Shown: positions 34,401-44,140, counted from the stretch's first letter. The stretch: 64,000 nucleotides of DNA from Epithemia pelagica (GCA_946965045.2 OX337234.1:2666001-2730000), one strand, 5' to 3'. Made by a program: numbers and translations. The notes: generated from the letters alone by a model not told the origin.

Positions 34401-36531
34401 GATCGTCATCATGGTTGTTTCTCATCGTGAGATCCATGTCATTCCATTGATCAAAGTATGTTGGTCCGTTGTTCTTGGATGGCTCGACGACTGGAAAGGT
34501 AGGCTCAAACGTTCCAATGGTACTGGTTCCTGATGAGTCTTCCATATCACTCTCACTGAACTGTTTTTCTTTAATGTTGGCTGAAGTGACACGATCCGGT
34601 GTAACAGCTTGGTGAGTGGTGTTGGAGAAGAGCGAGTTTGAATCTTCATTGGACTTGGTTTCTTCATACCTTTCTTCTTTGCTTTCTTCGTCTTCTTCAA
34701 AGGAGGCCATGAAGGCACAAAGTTCGTATTCCTCATCAGGTGAGTCGTCACAGTGGTCGTAATCGTCGTCCTCTGAGTTGTCTTCACAGAACTCATATTC
34801 TTCCTTGTCCATTTCTCTGACAATGTCCCTGTCCCAGTAGCGAGAATGGAGGTTGAGTTCTGCTTTCCAGGCCGTTGCGTCAAACTCAAGAACATGAGCG
34901 GATGCTTTATGTTTCTGTTGGTTCTTGTTGTTCTTGGCCATGGATTTGAATCCGACAATATGCTCGCTAGTACGATGCGTGGTGTTCCAGATCTTGCAAG
35001 TGCCGCACCAGAAATATGTTTGGCCGTCTTTGGTACGTTCATCCGGCTGGCCATCTGCAGGCGGAACACGTTTCCATTGGTGAGTAGAATCGTTTTTGGG
35101 TGTGGAAGAAGGCTTGTCCGTTTTGCCTTTGAACTTGTTGTTGCTCTTGTTGTTGCTCTTGTTCTTCCCCTTCTCACGAAAACTGTTCTTGCTCTTACTT
35201 TGCATCTGAGGGATGAGGGCATTGGCTTGGTAGCCGATACGGGTCTTGCCACGGCGATTGTTTGTCACTGTCAGGTTCCCGCCATAAGAAACAGATAAGG
35301 CCTTGCTGTCCTTGTGGGAGCTTTTGGCACTCCATTCGCCTTGCTTGACACTAACAAGGTACCGGTTGTTGGCGATCTCGGAGACGTGCGTGTACAGGAG
35401 CTTGTTGGTGCTCATGTAGGAGTCAGCGACGGAACGATCGAGAAAACGGATGTGTTCTACGGCGTCTTTGACTTTCTTGTTGAGAATCAAGAGGTCAAAT
35501 TTTGGAGTTTCCGGCCATTCAGCGGTGAGGATGTTCTTGAGGAGATTCGCGGTGAGGGTGTGGTCATAAAGACCAGCAGCCGAAAGAGGACGTGCCTTGT
35601 TCGCAAAATCAGTGGTAAGTGCGGTAATGTCGTGTCCTGAGTACTGTTGTGGTACCAGACTGCGCATCTCACCCTTTACCAACTCCCAATGTTCGATGGA
35701 GTCGTCCGTAATGATGCGGACGATTACCATAAAGAGCACGGGAAACGAGTTCGCAGAGCGGGATTGGTCCTCTACTTCGCGACGAAAGGTTTTCTCGAGA
35801 GAATCGAGTAAGTAGTCCTGAGCCGCTGCGTCATTGTTCTGATCGTACTTATCGTATTTTTGGATCTGCACTGCCATCAGGTCCTGGACGCGCTCGTTGG
35901 TGAAACAAGGATGCTCCGTGATGATGTTGATCATCGATGTGGAGTTCTTGGGGTCAGGTAAGTACACAATCGTGTCCATCCCATGTTTGACAAAGTGCCG
36001 ATTGAGCTCATCCTGCAATCGCGAGAAATTGCCTTTCTTCTTGTCAAACTTGTCAATAGGTCCAGTTACGCGGTCGATGTACCGCTTGTCTGTTAAGGTA
36101 CGTAACTGGAGACTCCTGAGAGGTTCCGTCTTGGCTGAGTCATCTAACTTGGACCAGTCATGTTTCGGTTTTCCTCCAGTCCAAACGACGTACTCGTCAC
36201 GTCGGGACTGCACCAGTCCGCCCATGATGGGCTTGTCTGGCATGAAAACGTCCGTGTTTTCTTGTGGATCGTCGTTTGCTGCCATGATTCGTTGCTGTCT
36301 CCTCCTGGATCTCGATACACCAATCAACGGTCTTGTCCGATCTGTTTCTGATGTGGCAGTTCGCGTTGGGTCGGTCTCAGGTGGAACAATTTGCAATGGT
36401 CGAGTGGTCTCTTGCTGGGATTCGCGTTGGGCGTTTGGATCGGCAGTTGGATCACTGTTCGGTGCTTCTAGAGGGTCGACGGTCTCTTGCTGGGGATCTG
36501 GATTGGAGTTGGTATCACTGTCCGAATTCAA
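28453..36531 (-). CDS. Copia-1 gag-pol polyprotein
   Basis: Zn knuckle CGTCKIWNTTHRTSEH, protease WDSGAS, integrase WHYRLGH..CAAC with VDH/TDNG/AER, RT KSLYG/WVDD, RNase H YVDADFAG/EDN/ADYFTK. First in-frame ATG near 36285. Confidence 0.95.
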   Translation of the reverse strand: MNSDSDTNSNPDPQQETVDPLEAPNSDPTADPNAQRESQQETTRPLQIVPPETDPTRTATSETDRTRPLIGVSRSRRRQQRIMAANDDPQENTDVFMPDKPIMGGLVQSRRDEYVVWTGGKPKHDWSKLDDSAKTEPLRSLQLRTLTDKRYIDRVTGPIDKFDKKKGNFSRLQDELNRHFVKHGMDTIVYLPDPKNSTSMINIITEHPCFTNERVQDLMAVQIQKYDKYDQNNDAAAQDYLLDSLEKTFRREVEDQSRSANSFPVLFMVIVRIITDDSIEHWELVKGEMRSLVPQQYSGHDITALTTDFANKARPLSAAGLYDHTLTANLLKNILTAEWPETPKFDLLILNKKVKDAVEHIRFLDRSVADSYMSTNKLLYTHVSEIANNRYLVSVKQGEWSAKSSHKDSKALSVSYGGNLTVTNNRRGKTRIGYQANALIPQMQSKSKNSFREKGKNKSNNKSNNKFKGKTDKPSSTPKNDSTHQWKRVPPADGQPDERTKDGQTYFWCGTCKIWNTTHRTSEHIVGFKSMAKNNKNQQKHKASAHVLEFDATAWKAELNLHSRYWDRDIVREMDKEEYEFCEDNSEDDDYDHCDDSPDEEYELCAFMASFEEDEESKEERYEETKSNEDSNSLFSNTTHQAVTPDRVTSANIKEKQFSESDMEDSSGTSTIGTFEPTFPVVEPSKNNGPTYFDQWNDMDLTMRNNHDDDPLDPLNDAATQRFLEDMYDKEIIAAAAAINENYDEMESEETDLTYKTPETSTDTSTDAIKHLQAGQLASLEKKLPAISPIHQARPLPPRPNTPLPFSPNDPTPPPPPPRRRLSIPASTKYAMQHIILEAEQAKRDGMRYERAAKTVFANAWREPRLTVAEAYQRVKEEEWAMGYFVDGMPIPNHPRPASCFPGMSPIPPGPMVPCFQPMDTSSSGSAMQFTPATKLTTFRENKSTMTDDSTSNSSSSFVPTSTLGERYVPSEPENKTDDDDDSNKTVAVTKYFAHLACVDFDDDEDEASQPATSLQNEGDTDPQDTSDGSNCTVDETVGGSMVGKCVEVYYAPFTFGHVRTPRRPARTPVEELSDETFSLQHLFLVALLHFVVLLPIILWLIPAPTTTEESKDAFTNGLGHLYSAAVHLYYGVYEAYCGFKEISVSFLLHPGCMPGIVTWISCWVAIFLSFSLSSSPKSKNSNKAKGPNRPNNTQRTAVSVNAFRAQLNNRRTHFATNHNSPTRSFFFSLFSTPIRLIVVFGCRLLEWSASLCQAGLTSLRTIIPAKRGRKRRNTSFKVNSSSPRRHKRSRGPFANTPSEHNDSTLPTSRRMPTKTSLLRSRARRFQHPISAGNPHQHLAGYNRQRSNTENRSNTPYYCQNVPCSTRPVPRFHHHRASLNPNNMMAMMASINDLDLDSITHHPWENITLQALRATLQDPKALRESMPKGASYPIIWDSGASISITNDAKDFIGKIKPFPDLKVKGIANKMKAVGRGTVLWTVLDTNGAPQMLKLPAFHVPKISVRLLSTQNLLQQYHGEKIIQDGYTLTLTGIPGDPDRREVNVMVNLKNNLPMSYGYNSDHLQTTSLAFNSTVNEVAHQNANLSPAQKELLKWHYRLGHMNLLKVQFLMRTGVLATTEKTRRLHTLASTLTDLPLCAACQFGKQRRRTEPGTKTIIVKDKQGVTKDGNLHPGQCISVDHFVCSTKGRRFDSKGKSKINDLYTGGAIFVDHASGYTWIGFQSHLNTHETLSVKESFELFCREIGVVTDNGAAFTSKDYTQSLRTFAQISRFAGVGAHHHAGIAERAIQTIMSIARTMMLHAAIHWPELADPMLWPMAVSHAVYLHNHVPRTDTGISPHDLFTRVRWEQRKFHDLHVWGCPVYVLQKSIADGKKLPRWKPRSTRCQLMGLSNRHASSVPLVSNPDTGYITPQFHVVFDDWFSTIAMTYEQLPDFFTDTWYKLFGDSSYQYIDLDNDDAPNIEAPTTTDEAAQQSYTQRESNVAHAIGTHRPFAVLPSPSQPSSTPGTFPLTNPRATPIGAPAPSSTPSNRPVSISAPNEEPVYQPSPKRMSFSNTPLPQREKTDQVAETSPSTTPLLPSPSPNTTPSPGPSPQREIRPQRESRPRKSTQPTSGSTPSLAPTITTRRSGRTVKRPTRLVEEINVATVHPTAPPSVDHSDLLTVMKASLSDPDTLSYDEAMRDADIEKWKVAAHKEIMELEGKGTWEEVPKSQAKTRILPGTWVFKRKRTPDGEILKHKARYCVRGDLQETEQENYSPVVHWSSIRIVLTISLILGWELACIDFNNAFVQATLDEPVWIHLPRGFRSGKPGETCLRLIKSLYGLSSAPRLWYTHLLEALKEDGFTLSAHDECLLYKDNIIIFLWVDDCGVCAPKMELIDDLIKRLQEKELSLKKEGNLTDYLGINFIRHENKSITMTQKGLIAKIIKTTGLEDCNPNWTPATQLGLGSDPDGEPMKESWEYRSVVGMLLYLATNTRPDIAFAVSQVARFSSAPKKSHATAIKTIVRYLVRTRDKGTIFTPTTDFKLDCYVDADFAGLHGREPQDNPVSAKSRTGYILTFCGCPLIWRSQLQSSVALSTLQAEYHALSQAMRSVIATRRVIEELLGNLKLPFPKPTIFSEVFEDNSGAFYLATKQRLTPRTKHFNTYLHFFWEHVGDHPGGVKVSMVSTADQKADYFTKCQNRELFERCRKLNQGW

Positions 36532-36750
36532 CCAGTCGAAGCTTCCAAGTCCACTTGAGGTCGGGGAGATGTCGTCCGCCGTTGTGGATTCTTGGTTGGG
36601 GCCTTGATTGGCTCCAGTAGTATTTGCGCGCTTTGGATGCTTGGTAGGGACGACTCAGTGGTAGTCCTCCAAGGTAGTTAACTTCTTGATAAATCGATCG
36701 ATAGAGAGAATAGCGTATGGTTTATCAGCCTTGATTTGGGCTCAGCAACC

Positions 36751-37471
36751 ACTTAGGATATCTGCTAGCTAGGTGTGATAACGACTTGATAATCAGGGTT
36801 AGTTCAGTTGGGTAGCAATGTTAGTCAACCTATCACGTTGGATCGATGATGGGGCCCTCACCTTCGGTCTACGATATAGGTTGACTCCTTTTGTAGACAA
36901 CAGTTGCTTGTAACTTTTGTGTTTTAGAAAAGAGTGAGATTAATCTACATGAAAGTGATTTTCAGGTCTGATCGATCTCCGATCTCAAGGAGAACTTAGC
37001 CGCTCCATTTCTCTCTTGAAGAATAGTTCTTCCTTGTTCTTTTTGTTCTTCATGATTAGATGAGAGTATTCACCTCTCCTGATTGTTTGGGCCTTATGAA
37101 TGTTCTTTCTAGAAGGTACTTACCTTTGGAACAGGCCTGCTAGATCATCTGGAGGTCGATCGTTATCTTTGTGTAATTCTCAATTTGAGAGAGAAGATAT
37201 TACGACTAGAGGTATCGTCCAACTTGCGTTCGTATGAACGGATGTGTAGGCTCGCGACTTGCATTGTGCATGTATATGAATAATTAGTACATGAATCTTC
37301 CTGGACTGCTGGGTGAAGTTACTATTCAGCTAAATCCATCTGTTGTTCGTCCGTTCAACTGCAACACGAGCGTCTGTCTTACTTCAGGACAGCTGCTTTC
37401 CTCTATGTCGTAGCTATGTCATGCTATGTCACACCTAGATCTAATGGTGCTAGATGTGCTATGTTGTAACT
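36751..37471 (-). repeat. 5' LTR of Copia-1
   Basis: Matches 27679-28399; followed in element orientation by a PBS-like GGTTGCTGAGCCCA. Confidence 0.95.
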
Positions 37472-38304
37472 AATACCAACTACTTACAAATTCGCTCTTG
37501 GTTCAGGACTTGGAGCAATCGCTATTGGGTGGGCTTTATTTATGGAATATAAGATACGGGCTACTTTCGAGGCCACTGGAGAAAAAGTTAATATACTATG
37601 GCAGTCCGTTTCATATATTCTCATTGGTTGTGGCGAAATTTTTGCTGTATCTGCCGCATATGAAGTAGCCTTTACTGCATCACCGCCAGAAGCAAAGGTG
37701 CTTGCCAGCGCTGTAAATCTCTTTTGTATTGGAGGAATTCCCAACGTTTTGTGTATCTTTCTATATCAAGCTTCAAAAGGCTGGTTTCGTAGCATTTCGG
37801 GAAGTACAAGTATTTATCGCCTTGAGGAATATGTGACAGCTCGAATAGAGAACTATTTTTTTGTTCTTTTGTTGATTGCGTTACTTGGGGTTGCCGTCAA
37901 TCTTCTTCCGTGTGTTCGGGACTTTGTGGCATCTATTGAAGAAAGGGCTAGTGATATGGTGAAGACGCCGGTAATGCGAAAGTCACCAAGATATCGAAGA
38001 AATCTGTCTCGTGACAACACTTCTGAGGATGAGGAATCACCATTGCTGAGAGTTAAGCGGCACCAGGCATATCTCAAGTATGGTAGTGAGCCTGTGTTGT
38101 ACAAACACGGCTCAATGCGAGCAGGACCTTCTTTAGGACAGACATCGATGAATCAAAAACACTTGAAAAAGAATATAATAGGGAAACTCTACAAAACTGG
38201 GGAAATTCCAAGAGTCGTTGTGAGCTCTGATGGCCAACCTCTCACCGCGGGTTATGTCTACAAAAGAAAAGATAGTATCTAGTAATGATAATGTCTATAA
38301 GCCA

Positions 38305-38625
38305 TTAGAATTGAAAGAGAGATGTCAAGATGGTGGAAGGCGACTTGAGTAGAAGGCCGTGTTGGTTCTCGTACACGAAAAGTTCATGATGCATCAAAAT
38401 GACGCTTCCAATTCCAGTAAATAAATCAATAGTATAATCCACCTTAGAGCCAGGCTTGACTCCCGTTTCCAAATAGACAAAGGATTGAAGATTCTTTATT
38501 TCCTCAAACCCAGGAGTCGCTTTCACAACACCTCGTGAGTATGAGACTAAAATTATTTCTTGCCCGTGAGCTTTGAATGGACTCGCAGGAACTTCAGGCA
38601 GTCTTTCAAATTCTCGCTTGTCCAA
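38305..38625 (-). pseudogene. C-terminal fragment of an ATP-grasp-domain-like protein
   Basis: Protein-like segment FLDKREFERLPEVPASPFKAHGQEIILVSY...DLFTGIGSVILMH with an in-frame stop just upstream and no usable start. Family assigned from memory. Confidence 0.5.
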
Positions 38626-38941
38626 AAATGCATCAACAGTTGCCTACTCCATCGCTACCACTCCAAACAGTTCAACATGCTCCAACCGGGGTTGCGGAGG
38701 CGGCTGAAGCTGCGGTGGCATCGACGAGCGTCGGAGTAGAGGAAATGATTGTAGAAGAAGAGGATGCAACACCTTTCACGCACCCGCCGATTCGATTTGA
38801 TTCGATTTTTTACATTTTTAGAGCAGTGTGCAGATCTAGAGCTGTAAAAATAAGTACACCCTTCTTTTTTATGAATACAGATCCTCCCAAGCATAGGGGA
38901 TCACCCTAAGCCAACACAGCCACACATAGTTCTGCCAGTCC

Positions 38942-40726
38942 TCAGCCCCGGTTCGACGGGTGGCTCCACGGCAGGTCTTGTAGGCAAGAAATGTCATTTA
39001 GGGTTCGGGCTTTGACATCAATACTCCATTCTTTGGATAAACTCCTTGTCCTTCTGCAATCATGCTTCCCACAGAAACCCCTCACCTTGTCTGCAGTCAC
39101 TGTTGTCGGACTGAGGTACCACATTTCAATCGAATCAAAGTAGTCATCCAATTTTGCTCCTCTGCACAAGCCTTCAAATGAATTAACAGAATTTTCATGA
39201 TCGCTCACATGAACCTGTACACCAATTAGACGGGTTGTTCCCATGTACCACAAAATGTCAACAGCCGGGAAGTTGGGATCAGTTGGGACCATTACCCCAC
39301 CCAATCCAACGAACTTAGAAGAGCCAGGAAGTGTCTTCCCTGAAAACCGTTTCGCATTGGAAGGGATTGTCGCTTGTTGAACCGATTCATCATCATTCAC
39401 AGGGACATCAAACTGCCCCTTCATGCAACGTCGGATGACAATCAACTCGAAGTGACGGCCCCGAGACCCTTGGTCAACCTCGGGGTTCTTGCAAACTTGC
39501 AGAAGTTCTTCCTCGTGTTTTTCGATGTGGGCCATGACATCATCCCAGAATTTTTCCATGTACACTTCCTCTACTAATGGGAACAACGGCTCGTAGCAGT
39601 GTTTACGACCAACTGGATTGTCCACAAAGTACTTCCTGTCGAAGATGGGTGTGGTAGTTGGGCTCTTCAAGAGAGTTTGAATGATTCCTGCAAGGAAATC
39701 AGAATAATGCCCGTCTTGTAGTTGTTCCATAAGTTTTTCTGCAGAGTTTACAATTGAATCGAACTCGGCCCGCATGTAGATGTCTTCATTACTTTCGGCT
39801 TCCACAATTAGTCGATACATCTGCAAAGGAATTGCACCAGTCTCCTCCAGGGCCTTTGCCATTCCTCTCTGCGGAAACTGGGGGAACAATATCGTGGCTT
39901 CATCCACCTCAAATCTGATTTTGTGGTGAAAGTCTCTAAAGCCTTCATGGCCCTCCCGGTGGGAGATTTCGTTATTTGCTGAGGCACATATGATGGACAT
40001 GATGCGTTTGGGCGTCATTAAACGGCCCATGAGGTTGTATGGGAAAGGTAGCTTGTGAACATCCTTGATTTGGTTGTAGTCTGGTCGCCCAAATATAGCA
40101 TTTACTTGATCGAAAATGAAAATCCATTTGATGTTCCGTTTTTGGAGCATCTGATAAACAATACCAAGAAGACGAAGAGTCCGGGCTGCAGTGGTCATTG
40201 CATTGGCAATCTGAATTTGATCCGCCAGGTCCAGGGTGATACCGAACGAGGCAAAAACCACTTCCACGAAATCATCAATGCTTTCCCAGTCGTTGCAGTC
40301 TGGGAAGAACGTCACATGGTATTTGGGGCAGCTTTGAAGAAGCATGCAGAGGTTGACCAACGTGTGAGACTTCCCAATCCCTTGCGGTCCCTTCACCATG
40401 ATCCCTGGTTTAAATGGTCTGTCAAAACAACTCTCAATGTCGTTTAGAAGTGTGCGGGTGATAACGGGGCGATACAACAAGCCCCTATCACTATCACTGA
40501 ACCTCTCTGTGCGGAGCGAACGAGCCCAGTATGGCCGAGAGTGATCATTGGGAATGTGATAGATTCTGGCTTGTTCCGGATTATCAGTAGCCGCGCCAGT
40601 ATCGGCTTCATTCATAGTTGCATCGACCCCATCGTCCACAGGTGATGGCGTCGGGTAGAGAGCTTCTACAGCCGCTGGCAGTCTGGCTTGGATGATTGTG
40701 GCTGCAGCGATTACAGGGTCCTCCAT
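38942..40726 (-). CDS. Crinkler/RHS-type P-loop NTPase plus PD-(D/E)XK-like nuclease protein
   Basis: Walker A GPQGIGKS, Walker B FIFDQ, sensor ASANN, helix GAIPL, then GRHFE, PTDPNFPAVD and GVQVHVS (REase-like core). Confidence 0.7.
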   Translation of the reverse strand: MEDPVIAAATIIQARLPAAVEALYPTPSPVDDGVDATMNEADTGAATDNPEQARIYHIPNDHSRPYWARSLRTERFSDSDRGLLYRPVITRTLLNDIESCFDRPFKPGIMVKGPQGIGKSHTLVNLCMLLQSCPKYHVTFFPDCNDWESIDDFVEVVFASFGITLDLADQIQIANAMTTAARTLRLLGIVYQMLQKRNIKWIFIFDQVNAIFGRPDYNQIKDVHKLPFPYNLMGRLMTPKRIMSIICASANNEISHREGHEGFRDFHHKIRFEVDEATILFPQFPQRGMAKALEETGAIPLQMYRLIVEAESNEDIYMRAEFDSIVNSAEKLMEQLQDGHYSDFLAGIIQTLLKSPTTTPIFDRKYFVDNPVGRKHCYEPLFPLVEEVYMEKFWDDVMAHIEKHEEELLQVCKNPEVDQGSRGRHFELIVIRRCMKGQFDVPVNDDESVQQATIPSNAKRFSGKTLPGSSKFVGLGGVMVPTDPNFPAVDILWYMGTTRLIGVQVHVSDHENSVNSFEGLCRGAKLDDYFDSIEMWYLSPTTVTADKVRGFCGKHDCRRTRSLSKEWSIDVKARTLNDISCLQDLPWSHPSNRG

Positions 40727-42376
40727 TTCCGAGAACTAGAGGGGTTTGCTACAAATAGTACTGTTGCGGCTCCGTCGCGGCACATGCGTCCTCGACTCGA
40801 GACAGTAATACCTGTGTCGTTGGCTGGTTTCTTGATGGAATCGGACTATTGATTCTCTTTGTTGCTTGTAGCGGTTGTGTGTGATGGAGTGAGGAATTCG
40901 TACAATTTTGTACCATACTGGCTGGCTGGGAGGAACTGGACGGCAAGCGGACGTGCCGACGATGGACGGACGTTTCTAGTGACGTCGACCAGCACTGAGC
41001 CAAGAAGTGGCTGAAAAGAAAGCAAATCCAAGGAATGATAGTTTATCGTGGGCGATGCAGTGATGCAAATAATCTGGTTTGAAGTTGTTACTCTCGCAGG
41101 CCTCGATAAGTCTTCACTGCCCTGATGTCACTCAGAACAGGCTAATGCAGACGGGCATACAAGGCACCGACTAGGTGTCCGCTTTTTAGTGGTCTGCCTG
41201 TCAACTCTTGAATGGTCTGTCCCGCTCACCAAAAACTCCAACTCCGCCAGAAAAAAATCTGACTTCCGTCTGGAGTGGCTGGCGTGTTTTGGCAGTTGGA
41301 AATTGGCAGGCGCTCTGCTCAACAAGACTCAAAATATTCCTGTTCGGTCAGGGTCAGGGGTCATAAAATCGACGCACACAACAAAATGAGGTAACGACTA
41401 CCAACAACACACCAAAACGGCCTCATGCTTCGTCGCTGAGCACTGAGCATCTGATCTTTGTCAGCATGGTAAGTTCCACAAAGCTTAATCACTGCATTGG
41501 AATTGGACAATGGTTTGGGATAGGTTCTCACTTCTTTGCCACATTGCCATGTGTTTGTGCCGTATAACACCATTTTTGGTCCATTCAATGGGCGGCAGCT
41601 AAAATTAATTGTAGGATTCTTTTAGTATTCCATAGAGTTTTAAAGCTCAGTGAGATAGGATTAGTGGAGCAAACCATCCATTTCTCATCTGTTGCTCAGT
41701 TTGAGTCTTCAGTTGCTTGTGTTGTCGACTTGCTCCTCTTGGTCTGCTTTTATTGCCATGAGCATGACTTGTCTTCCCCAGCAGCATGTGGGACTCTGCA
41801 TGTTCCGTAACAAAAGCAGGAAGAGAGTCATCCTAAAATAGGGGTGTAATGTGTAGTTGTAGGTCAATTGCTCGCAAAGAGACAAGCCTACGGCATAGAC
41901 AAGGTGTTGTGGATGAGGGTGTTCTTTTAAACCGAGAACTAGACGAGAAAAAACAACACTAGAAAAAGGAGGGATGGGGGCACAGCCAAACTCTATCTAT
42001 GGTCTATTCATGTCAAAAAATGTCAGAGGTATGCATGATGGAGAATGCATGGTCATGTCCATTGTCCATGACAAACAGAGAAGAGGAGAAAAGACGAAGA
42101 GAAAAAATTGTGTGAAGAGTGAAGAATTGGAACATGGAAGAGGGGAAAGTGAAGACGAACCAAGACCAACGGTCAAAGCGCGCACGTCTGCTCACAAGAT
42201 TTCGAAAGGGTGGAACATCGCGAAATTGCCTTTTGCGCCTGATGTTAGCAACGTCGGCCACGGACACTCCTAGCAATGGCTCGTAGCAGGTAGAGCTGTA
42301 GCTTGCAACCTGTTAACCTACGGATACAAACAATTGGCATACAAATAGACAACTAACATTCCTTAGGCGCTATAAA

Positions 42377-43341
42377 TTAATCTTTGTAGTCAACCTGAAA
42401 GAGTTGTTCACCGTTGTTTATTGTGAGCTGGCAAATTACGGCAACAGCTCTGAAAACATCTCCGTGCTGATCGAGGTCGTGTCGAAAGGTTTGGGCGAGG
42501 CAGCCCCAAAGCTTAAACCTCTTGTTAATTGTCTCCTGGCGACTACGAACACGTTGTTGCATTCTTTTTGTTTGGGGTGGATTGGCGAAGCCCTTTGGGC
42601 ATTTGACTTTTTTCGGATGCTCTCCGAGATACCCATCATCTGCTTCCACGCGTTCGTTTGGTTCTAGGTGCAAGAGTAGGGAGTTGCGGAAGATCATAAG
42701 ATCATTCCACAACCCACACTCATACGGACCATTGATCCACACAATGTCTCCAGTGAGGATGCAAAGGCCTACCTCGTACCGGAGACCACTCTTTTTGAAC
42801 TTGAACGAAAAGAACTTCCGGCCGTGCTCCGGTATGCGAAAGTCCGTACCATCCACTGACATAAGGCAGTCATTGCCAACATCTCTCTTAAACCTATTTT
42901 CAAATATTATCTGTAGCAATGGTTAGATAAGAAAAGACCGACATCCCTTTCACAACAAGTAGCACCACTTACCACTAGGGGTTCTAGGTTAGCAATTGCC
43001 GGAATGAACAACCACGTCCACTTGCGGAAGGTTTCCGGGTCAACCCCACCTACAAGGGCACACAATGACTTTGCATTTGAGTAGACCTTCAGAAATAGAA
43101 GGGTCCACAACAAATGAGTGATTGTGCCCCCTTCAGGTATGGTGTCGGTCGTTCCCAGCAAGGACCACAAAGACAAAAACACTGCCACCGAACACCCAAA
43201 AAAGCTCCGAAACTCCAGATCCTCGGTCTGGGTGGAACGCTCTCGAAGGCCATCGCGTCCCCAGATCCCACGCGCAATCCTCAGCACATCATCGGCGTGA
43301 GGTGCTTCGGACCGTTGTCGCTTTCGATCTGGCAAATCCAT
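42377..43341 (-). CDS. DDE_Tnp_4/IS5-type transposase, 2 exons (43341-42973, 42910-42377), ~300 aa
   Basis: HLLWTLLFLKVY HTH-like region, VDGTDF, EADDGY and RSRQETINKRFK (R-x3-E-x6-K). A 62-bp GT-AG intron keeps the frame. Confidence 0.9.
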
Positions 43342-43832
43342 TCTTCTGTGACACGAGAGAGGAGAGGACTCTCACATAAAGATTTGAGTGTGTGGCTCTC
43401 GCAGTGCGGGAGATGGATCGTGTGAGGTGCACCAACGGAGACTCAACAAGTTATGCCCTTTAGATACTTATCCCGATTTTTGATGTAATAGTAGTGTAGT
43501 TATAAAGTTACAAGAACAGCCCACAAGAACATGAGATGCATTGGAAATTTCTGAATGGCTTCCATTGGCCGATATCTAATAGGGAACATGAGAAACTCGT
43601 AAATGATTCGATTGAAAATCACAGAGTACAGCGAGTACACGCAGTCTCTGGGTAGCTACAGAGTCTAAAAATTTGTCCAAGACCCAAGACATCGAGTTGG
43701 TGTGATGCGACTCGGGGATCAGCACATAAAGAAGACAGAATCATTGCTTGCTTTCCATAAGAAGGCTTAAGCTAAAAAAATTCAAACTTCCGAATATCAG
43801 ATGGTGATGGATCAGTCCTACTTACGACGTGC

Positions 43833-44140
43833 TCTACCGTTTAGCTCTGATCTGTCGTTTAGCTCTGATCTGCCTTTTTTCTCCGATCTGCCGTTTAGCT
43901 CCGATCTGCCGTTTAGCTCCTTTCTGCCGTTTAGCGCCTTTCTGCCGTTTAGCGCCTTTCTGCCGTTTAGCGCCTTTCTTCCGTTTATCGCCTCCTAGTA
44001 CAAAATCCTACGTGTTTTCTCGTAGCTCCTTCCGTTTTTCGCCTTTCTTCCGTTTTTCGCCTTTCTTCCGTTTAGCTCCTATCTGCCGTTTAGCTCCTAT
44101 CTGCCGTTTAGCTCCAATCTGCCGTTTAGCTCCGATCTGC
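43833..44140. repeat. 18-bp minisatellite (TCTGCCGTTTAGCTCCGA and variants) between the two transposon genes
   Basis: About 15 degenerate units in two blocks. Confidence 0.85.

Larger units (their letters stand above)
27679..37471 (-). mobile_element. Full-length Ty1/Copia LTR retrotransposon, 9.8 kb, diatom CoDi-type
   Basis: 721-bp LTRs and 5-bp TSD AATAC (27674-27678, 37472-37476). PPT GAGAGGGAG next to the 3' LTR. Single 2692-aa ORF in the order gag-PR-IN-RT-RH. Confidence 0.97.
27516..38282 (+). pseudogene. 3' half of a POT/PTR2 (NPF) peptide/nitrate transporter, interrupted by the Copia at 27679-37471
   Basis: FIQGTVM...DAASMNNADAISVL...LYP..KREIRI on the left joins in frame with PTTYKFALGS...LWQSVSY.LIGCGEIFAVSAAYEVAF..SP on the right once the element and one AATAC copy are removed. 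No 5' half found. Confidence 0.8.

Noticed and set aside
25981-44140. CRISPR-like arrays (the 21-bp and 18-bp repeats)
   Set aside because: Units are directly adjacent with no unique spacers, there are no cas genes, and the context is eukaryotic.
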